Positions 31,632-43,682 of a stretch of 64,000 nucleotides of DNA are shown here, in pieces (the stretch's first letter is position 1; every line of letters starts with the position of its first letter). Under the pieces are notes generated by a model, which searched no databases, was not told where the DNA came from, and saw nothing but the letters and a program-made list of their open reading frames with translations. A program made the translations under genes and the position numbers. Source of the stretch: Nemertoderma westbladi. Lineage: Eukaryota; Animalia; Xenacoelomorpha. The stretch lies in contig JAUCBJ010003790.1 of NCBI GenBank assembly GCA_032718475.1, positions 108,028 through 172,027 on the forward strand. The letters run 5' to 3'.

Positions 31632-32375
31632 CTAAAAACCAGTAGAAAGTTTTATACAACTGTATCAACTAAAATAATAAAGTTATCGGTAAACACGGAA
31701 TGCGCCAAGTTTGCTAGCTGTTACCTTTTGTGTTTGTGTAAAGTGTTCTAGAACATTTAATAATAGTTTTTTTTTAATTATGATCTAGAACAGGTTATAT
31801 TTGGTTCTAGAACATTTTTAATAAGTGGAAATATATATATATAACTAGCAAAATGACCATCTAACATAAAAATTAGTGCAGTTAACCCGCCGGTGTTTCC
31901 CGCCCAACTTACCTTGCGTTTCGGCGATAAGACAAAATTTACTCTTTGTACTTGTAACTCAGACATTTCCGTATCGTTCATTATAGCTTGATAAGAGTGT
32001 AAAAACGGAATTAATATGATCCGTTAACGTAATTATTTATTGATATTTTATAGTATTTATTGGGCTGATATTATAATACGAACTTTTATAAGATATAATT
32101 GCGCGTGCGGGTTATCTACAAAAATACCACAAAATAGTAGCTAGTCAAATAATTTAATTTAATTAAGGGTAAAATTATAATAAAGCTAATAAAAGTAGGC
32201 CTTCTAATTTATACAAAATCAAAATTACTACCGGTAGCCTCAATATTACTGTCAGAATATGAAATATTTGTTAAATTTTGTTAAAAAAATTTGTTAAATA
32301 TTTTTCACAAAAAAAATCAGAAATTCTTTTCCAATTTTCAAAAAAAAATATCACTAGCTAATAAAAAGGGTAACT

Positions 32376-33050
32376 GTTCCGTATAGAACTGCATTTTTAA
32401 AACTTATGTCATTGTTGCTAAGGCAACATTGAAGCGTTCTAGAACAATAGAAAATTATTATACTATTCTAGAAAATAAATAAAAAAAATTAAATGTTCTA
32501 GAACATATAGCTAGTTATTTTTAAAATTTAAAATAGCTAGTAATAAAAAAAAATTTATTTATTTACATTATTATTAAAACATTTATCTAACGGTACCAAA
32601 TTGTATTATTTGTTAAATTTACTAGCTAGGCCTATTTTCAAATTAAAAAAACTAGCTACATGTTTTAGAACATTATTATTTTTTATTTTATTTATGTAAT
32701 ATTATGTATGTATAATACACTATTCTAGAGCATAAATAATACAAATAATATAATGTTCTAGAACATATAGCTAGATATTTTTAACAATTAAAATAGCTAG
32801 TACTACAACAAAATTGATTTATTTATATTACCGGTATTTATTTATTAGAAAATTTATCTACCAAATTTGATATTTTTTAAATTTACTAACTATTTTAAAA
32901 TTAAAAAAACCTAGCTATATGTTCTAGAATATTATATTTCTTATTTTATGTTCTAGAATAGCATAAAATACTTTTCTATTGTTCTAGAACTCTTCAATGT
33001 TGCCATAGTAACAGTAACAGAAGTTTTAAAAATGCAGTTCTATACGGAAC
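32376..33050. mobile_element. MITE-like/foldback element within an AT-rich foldback cluster (about 32200-35250)
   Basis: GTTCCGTATAGAACTGCATTTTTAAAACT at 32376 is the reverse complement of the sequence ending at 33050. More inverted pairs occur nearby (33065-33170 vs 33370-33480), with dense TTCTAGAA and TAGCTA motifs. Confidence 0.75.
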
Positions 33051-34508
33051 TCTAGCCATAAAAAGTACTAGCTAACACAAAATCGTAATTACTAGCTTAC
33101 TGTCAGAAAGTCAAATATTTATTCCAGAACAAAAAACCTCATAAAAAAAGCAAATCTCATATAAAAAAATTGGTCAATAAGTGGGTAGGGGGTGTAATAA
33201 TGCCGCAATAGCTACCGGTTGTCAAATTATACACAAAATATAGAATTTTAACCCTGACCAATTTTGGTGTTCCTTAGTTGTTTGAAAATTTCTAGAACAT
33301 ATTATATATCCATTTTGTGTAAAAATAGGCATTGGTACACCTTGGGTAGGCCTACCCTTAGTTTGATCACTTTTTTTCATATGATATTTTATCATGAGGT
33401 TTTTTTTCTATAACAAATATTTGACCTTCTGATGGTAGGATGGTAGCTAATAATTTTGATTTTGTGTTAGCTAGTACGTTTTTTAGCTAGTGAAAAAAAT
33501 TAAATTTGAAAATTGTTTATAATTTTTTCTTGTTAAAATGGCTTTTATCATGAGTTTTATGTTCGGCATTAGTATAGCGGTACTGGTTCAGTATGCGTAC
33601 ACCTCCCACCAAATTTTTTATACTAATTAGTTTTTTGAAATGTTATAGAACATGTTAGCTATTTGTTTATAAAAAAATAACGTTCTAGAACAAATATTTT
33701 CATTCTGGAACATCTCTTTAGAAATAAAAAGGTTTGTACTTAAATCTTATGAATTCGTTATATCAAGAGTATTTAGCAGTTTAATGATTCTCTGGAAACA
33801 TTATTCTCTTTTATACAAACTAGCTAGTCCTATTCACTATGTATGTGCCAATTTGTGCGTAGAAAATGGTCTGGGTAGTAGGAGCATATAGGCCCTATGT
33901 GTCTCAAATTTTTATGTATTGGTACCCACTTTTTGACCAATGTTTTCATAGCTTTTATCATAAGGTTTTGACCTTCTGACACTGAGATGGTAGCTAGTAA
34001 TTTTGATTTAGTGTTAGCTAGTACTTTATATTAGCTAGTGAAAAAATAAAAATTTGAAAAAAATATTTACCACTTTTTTAATTGTGTAAATTGCATTTAT
34101 CGTTGCTTTTATTATTTATTAGATACCATTAAATTTACTAGCTATCATCATAATTTCAAAATATTAAAAAAAATAACTTCCTTGCTCTTCCATCCCATGC
34201 TTTTTAAATACAAACCAGGCTTTTGTCTAAAAAATGTTCTAGAACTAAAAAGATTTGTTCTAGAACATTAATTTTTTCAAAATAAAATAGCTAACATGTT
34301 CCGGTACACTTCAAAAAAAGAAATTATCAAAAACTATCTGGTAGATAAAATTTGGTGGGTGGGGGGGCGGGGGGGGGGGGTGTACGCACGCTGAACCAGT
34401 ACCGTATAGCCCGGGTCACCATTTTCAAGATTTTTTAAAATATGGTTTTTATGGATTATTTCATGTGTATATAAATGTTCTCTAAACATCTTCTAAATGT
34501 TTTTTCAT

Positions 34509-34960
34509 GCGATTTTGTTCTAGTGTCAAGCTTGGGGGAACCAATGAGACACATCTAATGTTATATAGTGTCTGGTTGGAGATGTGTGCATTGTACTTGA
34601 CACAATGAACCCGGCGTAGCATTCTTGTGAATGTGCCATCCAGATATTTGGTGTCCTCAGCAGTTAGAGCCCAGCATGGACTCCCATAGAAGAGTACTGG
34701 AACTACTGAGGCTGTTCTAAATAATCGGACCTTAAGTTTCCGATTAATTCTCTGTGACTTCAAAATCCTGGAAAGCCTATTCAAGGTTGCCCATGCCTTT
34801 CCCTTACGTATTCGAAGGTCCTCATCTGACTTCCGGTACGGTTGATCACAGGTACCAGAAGTCGTTCACATGCTCAAGCATACCATCATTTGAGCTTATG
34901 CTCATCCAGTCAGAGACTTGCTGATGACTTTCAAAGTTAACTGTCAAAATTTTGGTCTTT
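34509..34960 (-). mobile_element. Internal fragment of the same RTE family, copy 3
   Basis: NRLSRI..RINRKLKVRLFR..VVPVLFYGSPCWALTAEDTK matches copies 1 and 2; both termini are missing. Confidence 0.9.
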
Positions 34961-36179
34961 TAAAAAGTTATTGGAGTTAAGAAATTCTTGGTTCTTATAA
35001 AAAGAACTAGCTAACAACAAAATCATATTTACTAGGTCTTCTTACTGACAGAAGGTAAAAAATTTGCTCTAGAACAAAAAAACTCATGATAATAGCCATT
35101 TTCACAAGAAAAAATTATAAAAAAATAACTAGCACATCTTCTATAACATTTATAAAAAAAAAATTAAAAATTTGGTCATTGGGTACCCAAGGCCAAGGTG
35201 TAGCCTACCAATGCCTAAAAATATAGATATAGAACAAATAATTGTTGTTCTAGAATATTTAATAAAAAATATTACTTTTTTTGGTCATTTTTCAATAACA
35301 TTAACAGAACTAGATATCGGTAGTTTTTTGAAACTATTATAGCAACATTGACAATTGCAATTCCCGATAAATTCTACACTTATTTAAAGAATAAATAAAA
35401 AGTATTTTTATCAATTTTAATAGCTATTTTTTTACTAGCTTCTATTTTTTGCTATATCTTATGAGAGCACACTATACTGCTATAATATCAGCAAAAATTA
35501 CCATAAAAAGTAAATGGAATATATTTGGGTAACGGGTCATATTACAGTATTAATGCCTGTATACAAAACACACGATACCGATATCTGTTACCTCGGATAC
35601 CATCAGTAATAATAAAGCGTGTTAATGCTGCGTTGCTGCTATATAATGTTTATAGATTGCATGACTTCCTGTTTTGCCTGACAGCCGATGTGTATGCAGT
35701 AGGTTGTACATGTACATATTTAGTATTTACATACCGTACTTTAGGTTTAAACTGTGACCTGCTCCAATAATTCGCGAGAATTAAACTATATAAATGTTTC
35801 TAAGGAAACGAAAGCACTAAATACATACTGGTGCCTTTATTCCAGTTACATTTATTCAATTTTGTATAAAACAAGTGATGCGGTTGGAGACAAACATCGG
35901 TTGGAGAAAGCTGCTACGAGGCAGAAACCAATCATCTTATTCCTATTTAACAAAGAGTCAATGAGAATGGACTATTGGTAACTCGTAAAAGTTGAGGTTA
36001 CGGTTACGTAGCATATGATTGGCTAGGATCTAACCGGAACCGGACACTATGACTGTATGATATGGTCGTGGTGACCACTGGTCAATATATAGAATATATG
36101 GTATATATGGTCAATAATAAGTACGGCTTCGCTTCACGTTTGCAAATACTGCGGTTAATATAGTAAACTCATATACATA

Positions 36180-37750
36180 TTTAGGTATAGCAATGGACTC
36201 ATCTGGGAAATTTACAAAGGCAAAATGCGATCTTTATTACAAAGCACTCAAAGCATACTATGGTTGTCTGAAAGTATTAAATGGGAACATGAAACCGGAA
36301 ATTGCAATAAAAATTTTCAATGCGCTGGTCACCCCAATTGTATTGTACGGATGCGAGGTTTGGTGCCCAATGTCAATAAATTTCGGATGCGAGGTTTGGT
36401 GCCCATGTCAATAAATTTCGGATGCGAGGTTTGGTGCCCAATGTCAATAAATTTCGGATGCGAGGTTTGGTGCCCAATGTCAATAAATTTCGGATGCGAG
36501 GTTTGGTGCCCAATGTCAATAAATTTCGGATGCGAGGTTTGGTGCCCAATGTCAATAAATTTCGGATGCGAGGTTTGGTGCCCAATGTCAATAAATTTCG
36601 GATGCGAGGTTTGGTGCCCAATGTCAATAAATTTCGGATGCGAGGTTTGGTGCCCAATGTCAATAAATTTCGGATGCGAGGTTTGGTGCCCAATGTCAAT
36701 AAATTTCGGATGCGAGGTTTGGTGCCCAATGTCAATAAATTTCGGATGCGAGGTTTGGTGCCCAATGTCAATAAATTTCGGATGCGAGGTTTGGTGCCCA
36801 ATGTCAATAAATTTCAACAAGAAAAATTCTGACAAAGATTGCAATACAATAATGAATTCATTTTATCAATAACAGACTTGACAGGGAAAAATGTGAACAA
36901 TTACAACTCAGGAGCGGCAAGCGACTAGTTGGGGTAGGTCCTAAGGCGACGAACGCGGCAGTGCGTGGAGAACTAGGTATTCACCCACTATTCATAAAAG
37001 CATTCATTCTGGCGGCGAAATATCTCAACTATGTACTAATTAACCGCTCAGATAATTAACTTCTAGCCGATACTTTACAAGAAAACATCTCTATGTGGAA
37101 AGATGGAAAAGCATGTTGGCTTAATAATATCCTAAACTCAATCGAAGCACTAGTAGATGAACCAATGTCCAAAATTAATATTCTATCTGCGAAATCAATC
37201 TATCAATTATTACCCTCCAAATTTCAAAAACTATCAGCCATTCGCACACAATTTAATACATTCTCTGAAAAAAATTGGCAATTTGCAATCACAAACCCGC
37301 TCAGTAAAGACGGCAAATCCCCAAACAAACTAAGAACATATTCACTATTTAAAAGCACATTAATACATGAACCATACTTGACCAATATGCCATTTAAAAC
37401 ACACCAAATATGAACACGGTTTAGAATCAGCAATCACACCTTTAGGATAGAGACAGGTCGATATGATAAAACCCCCCCTGGCAGCCTGGAAAGTAGATTG
37501 TGTAGATTTTGTAGTGATGAGTCAATAGAGGATGAGAAACACATTGTAATTAGGTGCCCCAAATTTTATAATCAACGAGAAAAACTATTTTCAAGCTTAG
37601 ATACAACGACGAATTTACTTTTAAATAATTTTGACGATAATATGAAATTCTATCTGTCTATCAGTCTATAGCATAATGAAATGTGATGACAGAACAACTA
37701 ATAACCTTCTTGTAGAATTACTCAATACGGCATACGAACTTCTAAATTAA
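36180..37750 (+). mobile_element. Degenerate 3' part of a different non-LTR retrotransposon ORF2
   Basis: Across several frames: KIFNALVTPIVLYGCEVW, AVRGELG, KLRTYSLFK..EPYL, RFRISNH..RIETGRY, and the CCHC knuckle RLCRFC..EDEKH...CP. Stops and frameshifts present. Confidence 0.85.
36348..36815 (+). repeat. 36-bp tandem repeat born inside the LINE fragment
   Basis: 13 copies of CGGATGCGAGGTTTGGTGCCCAATGTCAATAAATTT (GCEVWCPMSINF); the second unit is 1 nt shorter. Confidence 0.95.
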
Positions 37751-37910
37751 TACGAAGTGTACGAACTCCTAAATAAATACGAACTTCTAAATTAAAAACA
37801 TTTCGATCTCCCTGTAAGCCAAATTCGTAATCAAACTGCTCGTAACGAGTGCGGCCCAACTTCCAGACTTCCTTCTCATGTCACTTATTTTATCTTATTC
37901 AATTTGCTTT

Positions 37911-39102
37911 GCATTGGCTGTTATCTTTGTTGACTTCTTCAAGGCCTTTGATTCAGTCTCTCGCTCACGTATGTTCAGCATACTTTCATTATATGGGATT
38001 CCTGATGAAATTATTGCAGCAATCAGATCAGTATACGATGGTTCGACAACATTTGTGTCTACTGTTGACGGTGACACAGAACCATTTGAAGTATTATGGG
38101 GCGTCCTCCAAGGAGACACACTTGCACCATTCTTGTTCATTATTGTGGTTGACTATGTTCTACGCATGTCCTTAGATCATCATAATGATGATGGGGTGAT
38201 GATAACTCCACCTACTGGCTCCAGAAGTCGAGGAAATCCTGCCAAGTACCTAACTGATCTAGACTTTGCTGATGACTTAGGAGTACTCTCAGAATCATTA
38301 GAGGGAGCCCAGCGGCTCCTCAGCTCATTAGAACATGCTGCTTCTAGTGTTGGTCTTTTTATTAACTCCAGAAAGACCAAAATTCTGACAGTTAACTTTG
38401 AAAGTCCTCAGCAAGTCTCTGATCGGATGAGCATAAGCTCAAAGGATGGTATGCTTGAGCATGTGGACGACTTCTGTTACCTGGGATCATGGATCCGGAA
38501 GTCAGGTGAGGACCTTCGAATACGTAAGGGAAAGGCATGGGCAGCCTTGAATAGGCTTTCCAGGATTTGGAAGTCACCTAGAATTAATCGGAAACTTAAG
38601 GTCCGATTATTTAGAGCAGCAGTAGTTCCAGTACTCCTCTACGGGAGTCCATGCTGGGCTCTAACTGCTGAGGACACCAAATCTCTGGATGGCACATTCA
38701 CAAGAATGCTACGCCGGGTACATTGTGTGCATTGTACAAGTACAATGCACACATCTCCAACCAGACACTATATAACATTGGAGGTGTCTCATTGGTTCCC
38801 CCAAGCTTGACACTAGAACAAAATCGCCTCCGCTTTGCAGGACATTGCTTTCGCCGTGAGGACCAGCCAGTGCATAATCTTGTACTTTGGCAGCCTCATG
38901 GAGTGAATAAGCATGGTGGACAGCCCATGACTTTCTTGAGACGCATCTTAAAGGACACTGGCCTTAAAGATGCGGATGATCTAGCAAATGTCATGGGTGA
39001 TAGGGAGTTGTGGCGGTGCAATTTTGTTGACAAGCCGGCACAGCATTCTTAAAAATGCAGCTGCAATGCAGCATGCCGATCCTAGTAGTACTAGTAGTAG
39101 TA
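37911..39102 (+). mobile_element. 5'-truncated RTE-type LINE, copy 2
   Basis: Near-identical to 25411-26561. Retains the segment after GVLS that is deleted in copy 1, has a small duplication and frameshift near 38725, and ends in TAGTAGTAC repeats. Confidence 0.92.
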
Positions 39103-39130
39103 CAGTAGGAAATTCTGCTTAGATCTGGTT

Positions 39131-39235
39131 CTAGGGATCGACCGAATTATTCGGTTCGGTTCCGAATTTTGCCGAATATGGCATATTCGGTTCCGGCCGA
39201 ATTTTAAATTTTGAATTGCCGAATATTCGGCACAA
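39131..39235. mobile_element. Probable single end of a non-autonomous DNA transposon
   Basis: TAGGGATCGACCGA followed by clustered CCGAA/TTCGG motifs, resembling hAT-type subterminal repeats. No matching second end found. Confidence 0.4.
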
Positions 39236-40361
39236 ATTGCAAATTACTACGGTCAGACGGTAGAAGCAACATCCTGACAAGAGACCATGCAGGATGCAGA
39301 CATGGCTGTAAGAAATTAAATATAATGGATCTGATATATTATGGTATTAGGCAGATAGGATATACAGCAGTACAGTGAGTAAGACAGTTTGCAAGGATAT
39401 ACAGTGAGTAAGACAGTTTGCAACCATGGTTTGCCTTATTTTATAATATCTGACCTGAATATGTAACATATGACTGTATGATTAGGCTTAAAGTTAAAAC
39501 TGTTAGGCGAAGTAGGCCTACCGAGTTTAAATCCCATTCGCTGGCATACTTTTTTGTAATGACATTTTGAGCACTCAATCTGGACAAAATTGCAATTATA
39601 ACCTTAAATATCAGAATTTTACTATTGTATAACAGTATAAAACGATATAGGATTACATTGATTTTATATTTTTTCCAGCGAAAACAGCAAATTAAAATAT
39701 TTTTGGTCAAATTTCTTAAATTTCATTACCGGTACACATGATAAAATAGCATCGAAGTGGAAAATGTTACGAAACTATGCAGCTATGTCACGACCTTTAC
39801 GCTGTTTAATTGATTGCCATATTCTCTAATGATATTACATATTATATCATGTATATCTGTATATTGCCATACCGGTACTGTTAATTTCATTCGACAGTTC
39901 GAAACTTTATCTACCTGTCTATTAACATGATAGTCTGACATAAGTACAAAGTAACGCTAAATAGCCTATGCAGGCCCTATAGTAAATTCGATATAAATTT
40001 ATAATGTGTAGGAGTCTCTAAAACTGTAAAAAGCTTGTCCCAGTGTCCTGTTGTCCATTCTAGTCACGACTGCACGACCGTTACTCTAACTTTAAACTGG
40101 AATATAATCAGATAATCGATAAATCGTAGGCCTAGGTGGTAGGCCTAATGTATTCCAGTGAGCCAGTCTGCCAGTATGGTTTCGATTTTATTAGGCTACA
40201 AACTGACAAAGATAGGCAGATAGGCCTACCGCGATACCGGTACCGGTACTAAGCTGCTAAAGTCTGTAGGCCCATAAAGCTAAACTAAAACTAGGCAGCT
40301 AGAGCTAGGGGTCTAGGTGCTAGGTCAAACCGTCAAACTAAACTTCGTAACTTTCACTTAC

Positions 40362-40409
40362 CGGAAATGCACGAATTCTCATCTTTGAGTCTTTCTTTCC
40401 CTTGTTCAT
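40362..40409 (-). CDS. CUL3: Cullin-3, coding exon 1 (MNKGKKDSKMRIRAFP)
   Basis: Read by hand; it is not in the ORF track. ATG at 40409, 16 codons ending CCG|gtaagt. KDxKMRIRAFP matches the CUL3 N-terminus and joins MTMDEKYV in phase 0. Confidence 0.9.
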
Positions 40410-40802
40410 CGTAATATAACGGAACAGATTAAATCTCCAACACCTAACCACTGGCCGACTGACATTCAAAACACGCAATCAGCCTGTCAGCATATCACCT
40501 CACCATTCTGCCATTTGCAGCTTCAGAGCTTAACAACAAACAATAGGCACAGCAGCACAGGGAACCCAGTCCTGTCAGTAGGCCTACTCAGTCAGTAGTC
40601 ACCAGTAGTATAATCAATGGGAAGGATCTAAGTTCGTATGGGAAGGATCTATGTTTCACGGTTCACCCAAGATCTAAATTCGTAAAATCTTCGTAAAATC
40701 TAAAATCTTAAATCCTGCATGGTGTACTGTAGCTGCGTTAATGTGAAATGTCATTCCCATACAGCCATAGGCCAGCAGACCTGTAAATATTATCACGCTT
40801 GA

Positions 40803-41222
40803 AGGGAAGCGAACTTAGATCCCACCACCAATACATTGCAATTAATTAGCTATTAATTGGCAAATTATAGTTTGTTGGTGAGTCACTGGATGATCGCAAC
40901 TGAGTGTATGACTTATTTGCATTAGATCATTATAAGTACTATTATGCTTAATGTAGTAACACAGTACAAATATAATATCGATAGAACGCGGCCAACGCAC
41001 AGTACACGTGGGATCTACAGTAAGTGCGCTTCTCCGCTAGCGTGTGTAATAAGGAAATTGTATAAATTGGGATCTAAGTTCACCAAGTTAGGATCTAAGT
41101 TCACCTAGTTAGGATCTAAGTTCATCCAGATAGGATCTATGTTCGCATATATAGGACCTAAGTTCGCAAAGATCTAAGTTCATCAAAGTAAGGCCTTGCA
41201 GGATCTAAGTTCGTTTTCCCTA
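40803..41222. mobile_element. MITE with GGATCTAAGTTC subterminal repeats, upstream of the CUL3 start
   Basis: AGGGAAGCGAACTTAGATCC at the left mirrors GGATCTAAGTTCGTTTTCCCT at the right. About 7 motif copies at roughly 21-bp spacing (41069-41212); related copies at 40619-40682. Confidence 0.65.
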
Positions 41223-41701
41223 TGATACTCCAGTAGAAAGCGGAAGGTCCTACCGGTTCGTACAGAATAGTTAATGTGGGGCGAGCCACGAAAGTAAGCG
41301 AGCTTAGCATACGGGTACCACCAACTCAATCGGTGTGTTGTGCTGTCGTTCTGTTGTGTCCAATTTTAAACATTAATAAACTCGGCCAATCCCTTGATGA
41401 AATCTAACCAAACTTTGTACACATGTTGGTTGGCAAAAAGTCTAGAAATTTTCTCAGGTTTAAAACCCACTACTGTTGAAAATCCTTTCGCACTCAGTGC
41501 ATGTAAATGGCATTGTGATAACAAAAAAAACTATATAACTTATAAGTCTACGGTAAGGCCTACTACATAACTCTGTAACGACGGACAAGACAAGTTAATA
41601 AAAAATAAGTTATAATATTAATACATAATACCACTCACAGTAAGGCCTAACAGACAAGAGAAGTTAATAACAACAGAAATTAATAATAGGCCATTTACAA
41701 T

Positions 41702-42522
41702 AGGATAGGTGAAATTTGTGACAATACCTAAAAACGATGACAACAGTCAGCCACAGTCAAAAAACAGTTGATCATTATCAAAAATGGCCACCAACAATGT
41801 TTATAACAGTAGATCGCAGTCCTAAAAGTAATTCTGTCAAGTTTCAGCTCCTCCGAATATCGCCGGCAAATCGTAGTAAAACAGTCCAAACGTCTGGTGA
41901 CAACACACAAAATGCCCGAACAACACTCTAAATTATGAATTCAGTATTCTGCATTACAGCAATACTGCTTACCAGTTAGGCCCACAGTATTGTATATACA
42001 GTATATATGTAGTTTATGGATTTCTTTCAACACTTGTCCGTCCTTCTGTCTGTTGGTCGATCTGTCGCGTAATGTTTGAAGGCTAATAAACATTCAGGCA
42101 TTCGATGGTATTAATTACAGTATACGCCAAGGAGGGCTACCCTTACCAGCAACGGCGGTACGCTAAGGTAGCGAACCAGCGAGTTACATTCAGTATAAAA
42201 GTAATTGACAGGCAGACTGGTGTTTCGCCTGGAGTATTAAAGTATTTATTTACCTCTGCCTGTATTGCATAATACTGAATTCATGATTTAGAGTGTTGTC
42301 AGGACATTTTGTGTTGCGTGTTGTCACCAGACGTTTGACTGTTTTCCTACGACTTGCCGGCGATATACGGAGCTGAAACTTGGTAGAATTAGTTTTAGGA
42401 CTGCGATCTACTATTATTCACATTGTTTAGGGTCATTTTTGATAATGGTCAACTATTTTTTTTGAATGTGGCTGACTGTTGTCACCGTTTTCAGGTATTG
42501 CCACAAATGTCCACCTATCCCT
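41702..42522. mobile_element. MITE with ~260-bp imperfect terminal inverted repeats
   Basis: 41702-41960 aligns by eye with the reverse complement of 42260-42522 (e.g. GTAGATCGCAGTCCTAAAA / TTTTAGGACTGCGATCTAC). Confidence 0.85.
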
Positions 42523-42960
42523 TACAATAAATACATAATATAGTAATGTAGTCAACATAATTAACGTTCTATTGCTGTTTTGTTGCAATCTGTGAAATAG
42601 CGCGCAGCTAACTATGTAGCTATCAGTCTGCTTATTTTATAAATCTTTCCATACCTGTGTGTAGCAGTTGTTTTCTCTGTTGTCTCCTAATTGGGTCATA
42701 TTTAATGAAGTGAATACCTATTAGTCCAACCCGCCGAGTGGCTGATTTCAGCTGGTTTCTGAGTTAGGCGAATTTTTAAGTTTATGATCTAAGCGCTATA
42801 TAGTTGGCAGCTCGGTGAGCAGCTGTAAGGTAGCCAAGGCCAAGGCGAACAATATTTTTATGATAGTATATGCCTCAAAATCCTGCAAACACAAACATTT
42901 ATGGACGATGGGAAAATATTCAGGATCAGGTACTAGTATTTACAGGTCCACCTTTCATCC

Positions 42961-43036
42961 GAGCCGTTAGTGGATGGTTGGTTAGAGCGTCAGACTTCCA
43001 ACCTGAGGTCGCGAGTTCAATCCCATCTCGCTGCCT
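42961..43036 (+). pseudogene. tRNA-derived sequence (SINE head or tRNA pseudogene, TCC anticodon-like loop)
   Basis: A-box-like TGGTTGGTTAGAGCG, anticodon arm TCAGA-CTTCCAA-CCTGA, B-box GAGTTCAATCCC. The acceptor and T stems pair poorly. Confidence 0.55.
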
Positions 43037-43682
43037 GGACGTCATTGCCGACTTTGCAAAGCTGTGCCAAAACGAAAGTTATAACAAACGCGAAATCGCT
43101 CAAACGTCCGCGTCTACTAAACGCTGTACAATATCTCAAGAACTAATCACCCTATTCTTATTTTTAGGGTACTTGTACAATGTACATCTCCTAAAAATTG
43201 GTCATTGCAGTTCGGATGCCTTGATATAATTAGAAGTATTATTTAATGTTTTTGTCAATATCGCATCACAGTATCAATAAAGGCGCCAAATGTTAACTTG
43301 GACCGGACTTAACATTTTCTGCAATATCTCATGAAATATTCGCTCTATGCTTGTTTTGAAGGTGTCTTCACCAACTAAATCGGTCATTGCGGTTCTAATT
43401 TAAGCATGATATCATTGCGGTAGGAATACTAGAAGTTGATCATCACAAAAATTGGAAAATGACTCACTTGAGCCAAGGGCGGGAACTATGGTTATGTACC
43501 TGAGGGAATAGTTCCTTTCATCCACAATCAGAATTTTGGTACCTAAATTTTTGATGACATCCCATTTGATGACATCTGATGCGCGGACTGAGTTGAAATT
43601 CGAAAAAAGTTTTTTTGGATCACCCTATTCAGCTAGTAACGTATACTGTAGGCTAGTCTTAATCATGTATACCGGTATACAG

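Noticed and set aside
16845-36815. Shared 11-mer GGATGCGAGGT between the 31-bp C-rich array (minus strand) and the 36-bp array
   Set aside because: Short match only. The 36-mer is explained by LINE codons, so coincidence is likely.
42961-43036. Functional tRNA-Gly gene
   Set aside because: Acceptor and T stems do not pair properly and no T-run terminator follows; kept only as tRNA-derived.
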